Positions 36,490 to 50,190 are shown, counted from the first letter of the whole stretch. The stretch is 57,427 nt of DNA, filler included, from Sphacelaria rigidula (GCA_964200075.2; 2 parts of 2 records of this genome joined end to end with filler, not necessarily neighbours in it); one strand, 5' to 3'. The notes: generated by a model not told the origin, from the letters alone. Made by a program: numbers and translations.

Positions 36490-36805
36490 CGGGTATCTAC
36501 ATTGCGTTTTGTGCTCTAGGATTTGCGCTTCACGGGGATGCTGGGGCAATTGGAGACTACGTCTGCAGGCCGTACATCAAACTGCTGGGTGTTTTGAACA
36601 GCCTGCTCAATAAATTCCAGATCTCCACCATCGATTACTTTTCGTGACGATGTTTTGCTGTACTGAGCCCGCAGCGCGGTGCTAGTGTCGGTGGCTATCT
36701 ACATGGCGTTTTGGGCGCTAGGACGTGTGCTACACGGAGATGCCCTGGCGATTGGAGACTGCATTTGCTGGCCGTACGATTACATCGAAGTGCTTGGGTG
36801 TTCTC
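36490..36805 (+). repeat. Diverged direct repeat (~100 bp, ~220-bp period)
   Basis: TATCTACAT(T/G)GCGTTTTG...ATTGGAGACT...GGCCGTAC at 36494 and 36716. Confidence 0.75.
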
Positions 36806-39800
36806 AGCGGGCAGCTCAATCGATTCCAGTTTTCCTGAAAAACAAATCGGGACGACTTTTAGTTGTGTAGAGCCCCCAGCGTATTGCCAGTTAAAGAGTT
36901 GTGACGGGTTGGGTCGGAGCTCCATCTCGAGTGGGGTGCGTGGTCAATGGTCAATGGGTCAAACGAAAAAGGCAAGCAGAAAATGAGTAACCCCCCACCC
37001 CCCCCAGCATATTGCCAGGCGAAGACTTGTGATCCGCGAACGGTTGCAGTAGCTTACAATACCGGAGTATGCCCTGTGTGACGTGTCAACATCGGTGGGG
37101 AGGAGTCACATTCGTGTATAGTTTGTTGTCCACAAATAGCTGAGAAGCAATTTTGCTTCCATGTATAATTCGTTCTTTGATTCTTTTGTTGGTGGTGGTG
37201 TGTATATTTCTAGAGCGCATACCTACTTCACCTGAAGCCATGCTGCAGGGATCGGCAAGTTTTGTTATGATCATTATCATCAGTTTTATCATCTATCTGG
37301 ACGATTTTTTTTTGTTTCTTGTTTTTTTCATGTGATGTATCTTGTGTGTTTTATTCAGGAACTACTATACTCTGTTTGTTTCCTCTTGGGTTACACTCTC
37401 CCCTTTCTCGAGTTTTCCCCAAGTGTTTTCGAAATGCTTCGAGTAGTTTGCGGTTTGGGTAGGTCGGTCGGTCTTGTGTCTTGTGAGCCCGGCTGGATCC
37501 CCCGTGTGATGATCAACTAGTAGAGTCCACAAGAAACCAGTCATGTGATTATCACTAAACAAATCAAGTATTGATCGAATGTAATTTTGGTAGTACTTTT
37601 ATTCGCCGTGAACGAGACCCTTCTGCGATGGCTGTTAATTCGTGGTAGTGATGCTCACGAGGCCGGGGTGCATGTCAAGTATTTTCGGGGACTTGGAGCA
37701 ACTTTGAGCTGAGATATCGAAGATATCTGTACAATCGCCCATGAAAATGGGTGCTTATTTCATGACGGCACACGACTTTCAGTGGGTCGCTGTGGAGTAA
37801 CCTGCTCGTGATTTCTGCACATGCCGCGGATGCCGTCTCTCTGTCTCGCTCGCCCGACGTGCTGCATCGCGGAACGTTGCAGTCAGGGGAGGTCGTCAAA
37901 CTCAGTGACACCACGAATGCATTCAACAGCAACGGAAGAAGACACGCCATATATCCGCCCACCGTTTCACCGCCGCGGTGGGTCGTATAGGTGCTCCGCT
38001 CATTTTTCGAGTGGAATTGATCCCGATTCACCGAACGACCTACCCTGGCCGCCGAAGAGTTGAAAGCATGATGGAATCCCAACCACCGGCAACCTGTCGA
38101 TACTTACTCCGTGAGTACACAGAGCGGGTTGCCTTAGTATGTTATAGGCTCTCGTGAACGAGATCTGCATGACAACAGCATGCCATGCCAATGACTAAAT
38201 CCTCGTTTTCGACTTTGATTTTGGGTCAAGACTTCATAACATACATACGCTGATGAGCAAGCGCAAACGCCTCAAAATACTCGACTGGAGGTCGGACAAA
38301 TACAGCACCATGCGTTCGAAGAGTTTGTTTAAATATTATAGCAAAAACAGTCAACATAAGGAATCAAAACGTTACTATCTTCTGTAAAAAAACTACACGT
38401 GTAAACCAACGTGCTACAGAACTTTGAGGGCGTGTTTCTTGCAGAGGACTTGGTAGTATCGCGTGGCGATCAAACACGAATGTACACCGTGCAGCGTGGT
38501 TCACCTTGAAGGATGAAAATACGTTACAGCACGCTGCGTACGCCATGCTCACTCTCGTATCTGGACTGTATGCGCACAAACACTACACGCACGCGGTTTT
38601 CTAGCCCTAGGTTCAAGTGCTGTCGTGAAAAAGCCGTCCGCGAAAGGATGACACACGCCAGGAACACCTAGCTGAAGTACGATGAGCACCGTTTGCACCG
38701 CCATCCATATCGGAATATCAACCGAATTAACGCCGCAGCGCACTTATTTTCCCGAACACGCGTAGCATACAAACCTAATGTCCACAGCCTTTGGTGAGGA
38801 TCCAATTCCTCCCAGAGCCATGCCCTAAAATGGACTACTGATGTACTAGATTAGTATACAGTTTGGATAAATGAGCGATGACACGGCAACGTCACATAAC
38901 GCGAGTACCCTCGACAATACTAATGCATGAATTACCCTCAGCAGACACCGTAAAGTCCTTCTGAGGATGCTAGCTCATGTGTAAACAGCATGATACCATG
39001 ATGAAGAAGTACCACCTGACTGCCGTCGGCACAGGCATGCCATGGCTATCAACACCGGCATTTCATACAACACGCCAACAAGTACACATCCGTACTCGTA
39101 CTGTCAAAAGGTGCAGGCAAAGGGAAGTCATGACACTCAGTGCACTGCATACTCCCTGTATAGGTCACCAGATATCACCCGGTTCAATTCCCTGGGAACG
39201 CGAAGGCAAGCTTGAGCAGCCTCATCATGTGCACAAACCCCAAAATGTATCCCATGGCGCCGTGTACATCCGGCGAGTAGAAACAGCTGGTCACCAAAAC
39301 TAGGTGCCCCAAACCGCACAGCACACGCATACCCGCACTGGGCCGTTGGCTATCGGCCGAGTTGGGTCGGTCTCCTGAGTCAAGCCGCTCCACTGAGCCC
39401 AGCGTTACGCCATCGGTAGGACTAAGGCCGCCAAGACACGCTCCGAGAGCTTGATACATGGCGGGTACGGCCACTAATACAGCCAAAACTATCCACACCA
39501 CAGATGCTCCCTTTAGCACAGCACCCGCGCAGTGACCGAGCTGTTCGATGGCGGGGACACACACGCCTAGGACCCCCGCGGCTGCCCCTATCAAGTATAG
39601 GTCCAGGACCTCATGTTCGTCTGTTCCTCGTGGCACGCCAAATGATAAGTTCCATCTATCGCCGTCGAGGGCGTACCACCGGAAGGACACAGACACCGGC
39701 AAGCATAGGGGGAGGGGGGGATTCAACAATGACCGCAATCATCAGTTTAATACAGCAGCAGTACAGCCTTTCCTCGAGAATGCTTTGGTGAAACTGATTC

Positions 39801-42029
39801 GCCGGGTGCCCTACTGGTTTCGCTGGACTTGATCAACACGCACAAACGTCAAAGCCTGTCAACAGAGCCAGTTTCAGTTAGAATATTCATGTGTACCTCA
39901 TCACTATTGTAACACCATGAGTACCCCGACTACAAATTGGAATATCATCCTCGGGAAACGCAGCCTGGGCCGGCGGAAATCCGGTGTGTCGCTCCGCTCT
40001 GGCATTGTGGGGAAGAGAGGCCAATATATGGAACACCACGGAACAAGCTACCATGAATACTCCTGCCATTCCCTCCCTTCATGACTACTGGTGCTTTTTT
40101 CCTGGTACGGACGCTTGATGTCACCTGCTATGTCCGAAGGCTACCGTGACACCCCTCAACACGGCCACCAGAAATGGAGTGGACAGGGCCAGGCAAGCAC
40201 CGGAGCGCATCGCGAGCAACAAACAGGTGGACGCGTCCTCGTGTCCGGGTAGCACGAATATCATGGCTTGCCACACCGTCCATATAGCAGCTGCCGACAG
40301 GACGCCTTCCAATATTGCCGTCGCACTGCTGACGGTACTTCGTCGCTTTACGTGTATCCCTGCGGTGCAGTATTGCGGGTGAGATCACTTTCATCGTGTG
40401 AACGAAGCGGCCTGACGTGAGCAGGTGTGCGACCGGTATTTCCACGTGACACCTTCACAACACCGGTCAAGTACTTCATCGATGCACAGTGCCTCTCCTC
40501 CTAGAGAGGGGTTCCCAACAAGCACTCAAACGCTCACGTGAACAGCAAGCGGAAACGAGTGGGTCGACTTCAACGCGGCTGAAGCGGCACACACAGTGGG
40601 ATCCTTGCTTCTTCAGGATCACGAGGCAAGGCCCTGTGACTCCGCATGTCTTGCATCGCACGATCCGAGACGCAAGGCAACGAGCGAGGTTTGCACCTTA
40701 TCGGCAGTTCGTTGCTCACGAAGATCGTTACTAGCATAAGATACACTCCAATAACAATCGTCAGTTGTGCGTATCCCCGCGCGTCCCGACCATGTGTTGC
40801 CCTGCAAGTTGCATGTACTGCGTACTGTTAAACAAAGCCGGCATTTTTGTACAAGTAAAGTACATGTAAACCTCTAGAAGCTGAGCTGTTTGCAGTCGCC
40901 AGCCGTCCGTACACATGACAGTTCGGGGCTGCAGTAGCAGCAATGGTCAGACACTACTGGCGACACAACAAGTGAAAGAGAGGTTGCTTCAGTGACAGCC
41001 GCATAAACGCCATATCTCGAAGCAGATCACGGTGTTGAGGCACTCACTTTGTGGGGATGCCGGGGTCGGCAACACACTCCGACTTCTTGGGGGGGAAGAT
41101 GGCACAATCCCAACACCCATTCGAGGGGAGGCCGCACTTGGTCTCATGCTCGCCATCTGCAAAAAAAAGTGGTTGACGCAACTCATCAGTACATCACCCA
41201 CTGACCGTGGACAAATAGACCACGATAGAGTGAAAATCTAATGTTGTACATTTTGGTTAATCCCCGAGATTGTAATTTCAAACGATACCGATGACATTAA
41301 ACGAAGGTACACGGCAATTCTGAGACGCTTTTGTACAGTACCGGTCAAAAGTGCCCTACACGTCGTGTTTCATGGACCAAAACCTGCACGAGCCGGAGAC
41401 CGACGTATTGCGCTGGAGGCGGCGACAGAAGCTACTCGCAGGGCACCTAAAAGTGAGGAGGGTTGTTGCCGCTCAATGAATCAACTCTTGGAATGCAAGA
41501 GCAACCGGCTATGTTGCTTGCAGGGGCATCCGCCGTGACCATTGAATCACAAACCGATCGCATTGACACAGGCATTTAGCAGTCTAAGGGGCAAGACTCC
41601 ACGTATCTCATGAATGATAACTAGCTTGTCGGCCTGTGATTAATCGTGGCGATACCACGCTACCCCCACAAATTCATAGTGGAACGTGAATTTCGTCTGG
41701 GAGTGTGGGTTTGGAAAAGTCATTCCGGAATTTTTTTAATATCACGCTGGTCATAGGGCACATAACTTGGCGACCACCAGGTGGCGCACGCTAGACCTGA
41801 AGTAGACCTGCAGAATATGCACACGTTCATCCTGAAACCTACCCCAACGTCTGAAGAAACAATTGGTAGCTTGAGCATTAGCTGATGGTGCCTTGAGTGC
41901 GATACGCTCCTTCGTTTGCGTGAAATCCGTTTACAACTTATGTTTAGGAAGAAGTGCCTAGTTGAGAAAGTGCTTTGGCGGTAGTTATTGCTGCACACAT
42001 AAGTACCCAGGTTGACGGTAGCGGTATTT

Positions 42030-43110
42030 GCCCACCCCAGGGTTGTTCACAAGCAACTAGTAGCGCGAATGTATTGGTCGAGAGTTGTTCTCCACGTGCA
42101 ACGAGTTGTGCAAAATTACCACGCGAAAGTTGTATACAAGCGAGAAGTTGCACAGGTTTCTCATATCATGGTTGTTCATGGGCAACTAGACGCACAAGTG
42201 TTTCTTCCTGAAGCCGTCTACAGAAAGCTAGTTGTACAGGTTTCTGATCCAACAGTTGTCTGCGGACAAGCAGTTGCGTGATATTTTCACCCAGCTGTTC
42301 TACAGGCATCTAGTTGCATAGGTGTCTCATTTAGCAGTTGTCTTCTGGCAACTAGTTGTCAAACAGATTCATCCAATACCTGCAGTTGTCAATAATGAGT
42401 TACAAGGCGTTCTCACCCGAGAGTTTTTGTTCAGGAAACCGCAAAATAGCTATAGCTCCACGGGATGTGAAAACAGTTGCCCCCTGTGGTGCCGATTCAA
42501 GAGACGGTGATTCTCAGGCACTTGAAGCGTCAATTCGCGACAATAAATGAGACAATCGATCAATCAAGAGCCCACGCGAGGTGCCTCCATCAGAGCATCC
42601 GCAACGCCACTGTGACGACGTGCTAAATGTAAGTACAAGCACGCATGACGCGGGAGAGTATGTGAGGTTTCGCGCGGGAAGTAAAACGCACAACCCGCAC
42701 CACATGCGTACTGAAACCGAGGTTCATGCTCTTGGATAGGATGCAAGCATGACCGCGGGGATGCCTGCTTGCTCCAACTGGGGATGCGTGCGCTTACGAC
42801 ATTGAACATTGTCAAGTAGAACCCTCCAAGGTTGTCTTCTGTAGGGTACCGGTATGTTCGGTAGGGTATGTCATTATCACAGAAGTGGCAAAACTGTCGG
42901 GTACCGGTGTGGAAGTCTCACATAACCTGCACAATCTGTCGGGTGCGGCATGGAGGTTGTACAGAAACCGTTACCCGCAACCGAGTATATCTTCAAGGGT
43001 ATACCTGTACCTCGGGTAAGGGTGAACACTATGTACAGTCCGCACAGAACTGTGGGGTACCGGTAAGGGAGGCATACAGAACTCGCACAACTGCTGGGTG
43101 CGGGTAATAC
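42030..43110. repeat. Motif-rich arrays: CAACTAGTTG/AGTTGT block (42030-42400) and GGGTACCGGT/CACAGAA block (42840-43110)
   Basis: Repeated degenerate short motifs, probably subterminal arrays of decayed DNA transposons. Termini not identified. Confidence 0.5.
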
Positions 43111-44149
43111 CCGGATATGCAAAAGATCGTGACTTTTAGGACATGACCTTGGAATCTTCCATTTTTGTATCCTTCGGCGGTCAAGCAGGTTCTTTGCACG
43201 TATGTCAATCCCCCATATCGCGTAGGGCGTAGTAAGTTTTCAAATGAACAATCCTGCAATGAAGATCCCAAACGCGTCATTGTCAACGAGGGGACGCTTC
43301 AAACGCTAGGGTGGATCTTGCGTTGAATCGGAATGATTTTCACTTGGAAATGAGTGTCAAACCCAGATGACCCACCCAGGTGATCGAAGGGTCGAATGGA
43401 TACGGGAACAAAATCGTCAATTTCCCGGTGTTTCCAAAGGAAAGCCCTGCTTACCTGCTTACCGGTACACGTTGTACACGAGGTGCGACGTGAAGTATAT
43501 CATGCTATGCTGTAGATGACATACCCCACTACGGCTGCTGCAGGCAATGCTGAACTTGTAGCCACATTTATGTGAGGTGAGCAAAGGGCACAGGTTCAGA
43601 ACATGATTTCGTACCTGGCAGTGTAGGACAAAAACATTTCTCTTTAGCACGCTTATAATTCACGAACTCTGCCTGTGCAGTGACGCAGAGGCAGCAGGGA
43701 GCAGCCGTAAGAGAAACATACTATTGCTTGTAGGTTCGCAGCGAAGAACGAAGTGGTATGGAGCTTGATAAACGGACTATGGGGGAAAGCCTCCCCCTCC
43801 TCCGGCCATAGAGTTGCTTCCTCTTGAGAGGGATGCGTGGTCAATGGTCAAACGACTAAGGCAACCAACAAATGAAACCCCCCCCCCCCTCTGGCAACGA
43901 AAAAAACTGACACTCCAAAACTCCTCGGTTTTGAGCTGCGCACGCAGGGGCGACCTCTGGATGCTGAGCGTTCTGCGTGATCGCGTGTACTGTAGTGACG
44001 TAGTGGGGGACAAACAGCAAATAATACTTATCTTGTATCACGTACACCACTGATACCTACGATATCATCTGCTGAACTTGTGCTCTCTGGAGCTGAAGGA
44101 TGGTTACGCTGGGGCTACAACAAACAGGAAATCCTGGAAAATAGGAACG

Positions 44150-46090
44150 AGGTCAGAGGCAGGCGAGATGTGTATCTCCGCATGTACCGGGCACGCCCCG
44201 GTATTTGTTGCCTTGTCGCGAGGTAGGCCGAACACGATCCGACATCACGGGACCGAGACGGGCACAAAGCTGAGTGTTGGAGAAACTAAAGCAGACCAAA
44301 TCGCGTCCTGCCCGTCATGAGGGTACAGAAGGTACAACTTGAATCGTCTCTAGGATGCATCATCGACGAAAACGAGCACGAGGTAGCCGCAGCTATCTAG
44401 CTCGTGGATCGATTGGTGAAGTCGCCTTGCGACGGTGTAAGGGCAACCGATTACCACGTATTTGTCCAATGCTAGTGTAATATCAACACAAGCAACCGAC
44501 GGCCCACACTAAATCAGCAGCAGTAAAGTGTAGGGTAGACAGCACAAACAGTTCGTGCACGCGGTTGTGATCTCAGTTAGCACTGCCTGTATCGGGCCGG
44601 ATACATTCTCAGGTGAGATTGATACCGATTCAACATATATGCATGTTGTCTGTACTCCATATGTTTTGCATTACAGTCTGTGCAGCAGTATCTATGCATC
44701 TCCCCTGTGGTATGGTCCCATATCGCTGTTGAACGGACGAACCAATGAAACAGCCAACGATTAAAAACACTTCGAAACATGTGTCACAGACAACACTGTC
44801 CATGTCGGGGTGGGCCATCTGGGTATTGAATACATTTTGGAGTGAAAATGATGCCAAGATGTGACACAAGGATGCACTATTCATACATGCATTTTGGGAG
44901 GAGTGAAATTATGGAGGCTGTTACTTAGATCACGGCGCCACCATCTCAGATCTCTCGTTGTTGTGCGTGTGATCCTGACCCGAAAGGACGATTCCTACAC
45001 TTGTTAAAATAGTACAACATCCAACAGTTGTATCAGTAACTGCTACTGGTTTGCCAACCGCCTTTTTCGTTTGTGGTTTTTGTTTCTCCTAAAACGTCCG
45101 AGACCGATGACATGTGCACACTACCGTAGTTGCGAAAGCACGTTACGGGGACATGATAGGAGCTCTGACACCTGTTTCCAAGTGTTTCATCTGTATTAAT
45201 AAGGCTATTACCCCTGAGGGTGGGAGAAGTAGTTTCAGGAGCAACGGACTTGACCGTGGGACGTGCCTAGATAGGTCGTTCTTGTGCGGAGAGGAGAAGT
45301 GCTCGAGAGGGGGTGTCGGGAGAGACACCGCCTCGAGTTGGAGTATGACTATTACTCCGGGGACAGGATGGGCATTGACCCGAGAGGACAGACTAGTGTT
45401 CCTGGGGGAACATTCCCGGAACTATGCCGGAGACATGAGCATTCCTGGAACGGAGCGGAGGGGTACATGGATGTTCTCGGAACTATGCCGAGGGAGATAT
45501 GGTCCCGTCGCGGGTGTGTACACGTGTAGACTTGTGGACTACCCTGGTACTTACATCTCCCCCCGAGATATGATGGTGTTGAGCCGGCTGCACCATCAAA
45601 TCTGAGAGAAATGGAGTACTGAAGTGGTTTACGTCGCTCGTGTCTGAAAACGCAGATCACAACAGAGTGCACACGCTGTTTGATGTTGTGTTGTGTACAC
45701 TGCACTATACTACTGCTGCAGTGTAGGCAGTTGGGTGCTTAAGTTGGTATTTCACTGGAGCAAACACGTCGTGATCAATTGTTGTCACACCGTCCGATCG
45801 TAAACTCATCAATCGACCAATGCATCGCGAGCTAGATAGCTGCCGCTGCGCCTTGCCCGTTTTCCTCGACGATCCATCCTAAAGATCCAACTTTTACCGT
45901 CCTGTACACCAATCACGGGCGGGGCGCGATCCAGTCTGTTTCGGTCCCTGCCCCATACAGCTTTGAGCCCGCCCTGGTCCCGTGGTGTCGGATCGTGTTC
46001 GATTTACGGTACTCACAACAACGCAACAACTCCTGGGATGTGCTCGGGCTCGGCACATGCGGACGTGAACATCTCGCTCCTGACCTTGGC
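44150..46090. repeat. Inverted dispersed repeat pair (44150-44420 and 45805-46090)
   Basis: GAACACGATCCGACA(T/C)CACGGGACC and GCAGCTATCTAGCTCG are on + at 44229/44388 and reverse-complemented at ~45977-46000/45827. About 70% identical by eye. Confidence 0.75.
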
Positions 46091-46167
46091 CATTTCACCT
46101 TCATGGGGGGTGAAATCTCCCCGAATGTACCTGTCACGGGTACCATTTCCCAGTGTATTTCAATTCT

Positions 46168-46671
46168 CAACTGATGCGAGTACCGGAAAAATCGCCACAG
46201 AAGGGGGAGCCACCAACACCACCTCTCCCGCCACGGGTAATCGGAGCAGCGGGCCACAAGTACGCACAAACCAAGTTCAGATACTTGGGTGGGGTCGTCA
46301 CCGAAGATGGTGAGCTCACACAAGACATCAACAACCGGAGCAGAGTCGCGCGGGCATGCATCAGAACGTTTTCCCGGGAGCTCTTTGACCGACCGAAGGT
46401 ACCGTGGAGACTCAAGGTCCGACTGCTGGAGGCGGAGGCAACGGGGGCCCTACTGCACGGGTGCATGACGTGGGCCCCGCACTGCGAGCATTACCGGTTG
46501 CTGAGGATGGTACACTACCGGGTCCTGCGATTTATCAAGTACCGTCGCGTGCGTGGTACATACCGACAGTTATCGTACGCCCAGGGCCTCGAGAAGATCG
46601 GATGCCAGGGTGCTGAAGCCATCGTCCGGCAACGGCGAGCGCTACTCGCGGGAGCCCTGACTAGACAACCG
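46168..46671 (+). mobile_element. RTE-clade non-LTR retrotransposon fragment (end of RT / thumb region)
   Basis: VIGAAGHKYAQTKFRYLGGVVTEDGELTQDINNR...LKVRLLEAEATGALLHGCMTW...IVRQRRALLAGALTRQ: the F-x-YLG motif followed by the conserved post-RT region (LLYG..TW, R.RRL..G) of RTE LINEs. Truncated on both sides. Confidence 0.85.
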
Positions 46672-46747
46672 ATATTGACAGACAGGGTTTTCGATTGCAT
46701 ATCCATGCCTTTATCGATTGTATATCCATGCTATTATTCTTGCCAGA

Positions 46748-48714
46748 CAAACTTCGAGCACATCTTTAACGCCGCGAGAGCCCTCACCAAGGCGTCTAGC
46801 ATGTATAAGCTGGACGAGGTCAAGGCCAACAAACCGGACTCCTACAAGAAGTGGGTGGAAATTGACCCCAACCTATGGGCGTACCGCGCACGCCGTGACA
46901 AGCGTGGCAAGCGTCTATGGGATATCGGACGACAGTGCATGGGACAAGCGTGTATGGCACCACATCACTACAAACATGGTGGAGAGCAGCAACAACATGA
47001 TCGGAGCCGCGGTAAGCATCCGAGTAAAACCGTCAGCGCGCTAGGCACACACTACGTCGAGATGATGTGGTGACAATGTCGATAGGTGTAACATGATTGG
47101 GTCCGTGGATTTTTTAGCTCGTAGTACGTGCTGTGTGGACGAGTAAAATGATGGCGACAGCCACTTTGTGCAAATAGGCTTCTTCACCATGTTGGACGGG
47201 AAGTGTCGGCGATCGTCATCAATGTTCAACTACAACTGTCGTTCCGACGTCTTCCTCCATGCGCGATGTCCAGCTGCGGGAGCGGCCAGTTGTCGACTTC
47301 ACGAAGGGCGTCTTGGAGATGATAGCGGAGAAATTGCACGAGGCCGCTCAACTTGGGAAGGGTGCCCCTCATGTGTTCACTCCTCATGTAGAAGCAGTGC
47401 AAGATTAGGACTCATCATGGTCTGAAGCTGAGCAACTCCAGTGCGGACTGTTCTGTACACCACCCCAGTATAGCTCAAATATAGTCGCCCCGGCGCTACA
47501 TTGTGGTGGCCGCGATCATGCCGCGGTCTTGCATGATGCTCGCGTGGTGTTCTGTTCATGTTCCACAGGTATATCCTACGTGGTCGCTGGAGGAAACCTC
47601 GGTGATTCGAAATGTTGTTGTGTGCACCCGTAAGCACAAACCACATCCTCGCCACTTGACAAGGCTTTTGCTCTTTCATCTTGCGGCATGTTGGCGTTTG
47701 GTGAACACGTCTTCTGAAGGTGTGAACACGGTAACCCTGAAGGCATCAAGAGGGAAATCAAGTTGCGCCCAGAGTGGGGTTCCGGAGGCCAGCCAGGGAG
47801 GATAGAGTGTTCCTGCGGATACGTGGTCAGATGGGGGTTACGTTGCCGCCACATGCTGGCAGTCTGTGAGAGTGAGTGACGTGTGTCGCTGGAACAATAT
47901 CGACGATGCCTTTCCCATATGACGATTTAAGGTGTCGTCACAATTGTACCGTAACTGTTCACGGAAGAGAAGAAAAAAAAAGAAGTACAATCGTGTCATC
48001 ATTGCACGTGCATGTACTGAAAATGATGAATCAGCTGCAACAAGTGATGCTGACCTCCGACATGAAATATGCCGCGAGCCTCGCCTCCGATTAGAGTTCC
48101 TCCAGCGCTGTCGCCACCTGCACAACTGCCGTCCCCTTCATGATGTTGTGTACATTTGGCATCGGTGTGACCACGTCGTCGCGCTTCCGTCGGTGTCTGG
48201 ATGGTGTTGATCAACACATGAACATTCTATACATTTTTCTTCAACACACGTGTGCCAACTTCTCGAGCATACTCCCGATCTTCGTCGTCCGTGCTTTGGA
48301 TTTGCAGGCACGAACACTCTTGGCCGGTCGCTGAACCCCATACCTGACAGGTTCAGACTAGACAACTACTACACCTCAGCGTTCAAGATCGTTCTCCCAA
48401 CGTGGGACCAGGTGGAGCATGACACCACGCGTCGGGGGCCCCTAATGGTGAAGCAAGCTGGCGCACCCACGAAGGGTCGCCGGACGAAAAAAGGCATCCC
48501 CAGGATAGTCGACTACGCCTTGTCTTCGAAATTCAACACCGCGACTGCGGCGCCCGCGACATCGAGCGCCGCAGGAGCGCTAGGTGGTGCCCGGAACTTG
48601 GCGTCGGCGCCGTCGACCTTGGGAGGGGTGACGACCAGGTCTGGAGGAGGAGCACAGCCCACGCCGTCGCAGGGTTCTACTATTGACCTTTCACAGGCGG
48701 GACGAGGCGAGTGA
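46748..48714 (+). pseudogene. Mutator/MULE transposase pseudogene, C-terminal part with SWIM zinc finger, intron-containing
   Basis: TTNMVESSNN (~46967-46996, MULE catalytic-E motif) ends at donor gcg|gtaagc (47012). Next exon LRERPVVDFTKGVLEMI (~47274). SWIM CSCGYVVRWGLRCRH (47808-47852) followed by gtgagt. Last exon has ...KQAGAPTKGRRTKK and ends at TGA 48712-48714. Frameshift near 46888. Confidence 0.8.
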
Positions 48715-49852
48715 GCCAGAGGTGGGATGGCGCGATGGGTCGTGGAAAGTCGTGTAGATTACGTCGCTCAGGTGCTTCGGCCTCCCTGGCGGGTTTTCCG
48801 TGTCTTCTCTCCAGAGGGGTGTCCGCGTTTTCATCCATTGTTTTGTTTGTTTTCGAGTCGAAACCGATGGTAATTGTTTTACCTGGGTTCGTGGGCTGGT
48901 CAAGTCATGTGTTGTGCCAGTTGACCTATTGCAGCCATCACGCGTTCGTGTGTGTACAATTACTGCTTTATCTTCAGCGCTTGAACCGTGTTCGAAGACC
49001 GCGTGATTAGCTTCAGTTCGTCTCAGCAAGAAACTTCGTGCGTTTTCGGTGTTATATTTCTGTACAATGGTCTCGCCTGTTTTTGCGGTCTTTTGGTTGA
49101 CTTGCCACGTCTCATCACCGATTGGACAGTCCATGCAGTTTGTTTGGCGCATGTTTTTCTTGAGCATATCTTGGTCCGGCGTCGCTATCGAACTTTGCGC
49201 TCCGTTTCGCTTGTTTCCCTTGCGGTCGTTGTTATCTTGTACTTTCTGTTTTCACTTCATGTCCTTCTAATTTTCAAGCGTCCACGATTTTCCTCGTCAA
49301 TACTGTTTTCCTGTTTTTATCTCCGTTGATCACGTTCGCCTCGTGTTCACGGCTGGATTCTCCCATATCAATAAGGAAAACAAAACAGTGGTGATACCTG
49401 CTCCTCCTTCGTGGGCGGTTTGCTCATGCATGTTTGCAACTGGGCAGCAATGATGCTAGGATGTGCTGAGGTGCAGTATATGCTTTACAAGTGTTTAGTT
49501 GTGATGCTTCCAACGTCCGGTCTGGCGCAAGTGCAGTGCAATTATAGTCATTGATAGGCCGCATGTTTACGGTTGCGCCTCGGAATAGACGGGCACTTGA
49601 GCTGCTATAAGTACAGCAGTACTCGGCTGTTAACATTTGGCGTGTTTTGAGATATGTCCACGTCAATGGCATGATATTGAGTCAAACGCTGCCTTCGTGA
49701 GACAGGACACCGAGTATGAACGGCACATGCTGACATGTCAGTACATGCATCTATGTGCAATATACCTCGAACAGTACTAGGGCTCCAACACGTTCACTAT
49801 TCATTATTGACAGATAACTCAACATGTTATGATGATGGTTTTGAGTTCCGAT

Positions 49853-50190
49853 GCCGCCGCGCCCCGGAGATGTAATGGCTTAACCGTCGCCATTAGGGTG
49901 GAGAAAACGAGGGTTCGATTTCCGATGCGTTGGGTTTCTCTTTGTCATGACTAATTTCCACCGTGGAAAGCGTGAGAACATGAGTAAAGAAAGTAGTTGA
50001 CTGAGTGTGTTTGGCGTAAGTTGATGCGGTGCGGGAGTGCTGATCCGATCAGCGAGATCAAAATGCAAGGCGTGTACCGGAGAGAGATGGATTAGCCCTT
50101 GAGACTAGTAGTAGTAGTAGTAGTAGTAGTAGACCATGGACTCGTCCCGAGCAAGGGAAGGGGTTCAAAGTGCGACGAAAAAAACAAGAA
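49853..50190 (+). mobile_element. tRNA-derived SINE (family S1)
   Basis: GCCGCCGCGCCCCGG head, A-box-like AGATGTAATGG and B-box GGTTCGATTTC (49912-49922). Body homologous to the split copy at 13156-13062 / 9479-9255. Internal (TAG)n expansion at ~50106-50132. Confidence 0.75.

Noticed and set aside
50106-50132. (TAG)n as the SINE 3' tail
   Set aside because: Homology with the second copy continues beyond the tract, so it is internal.
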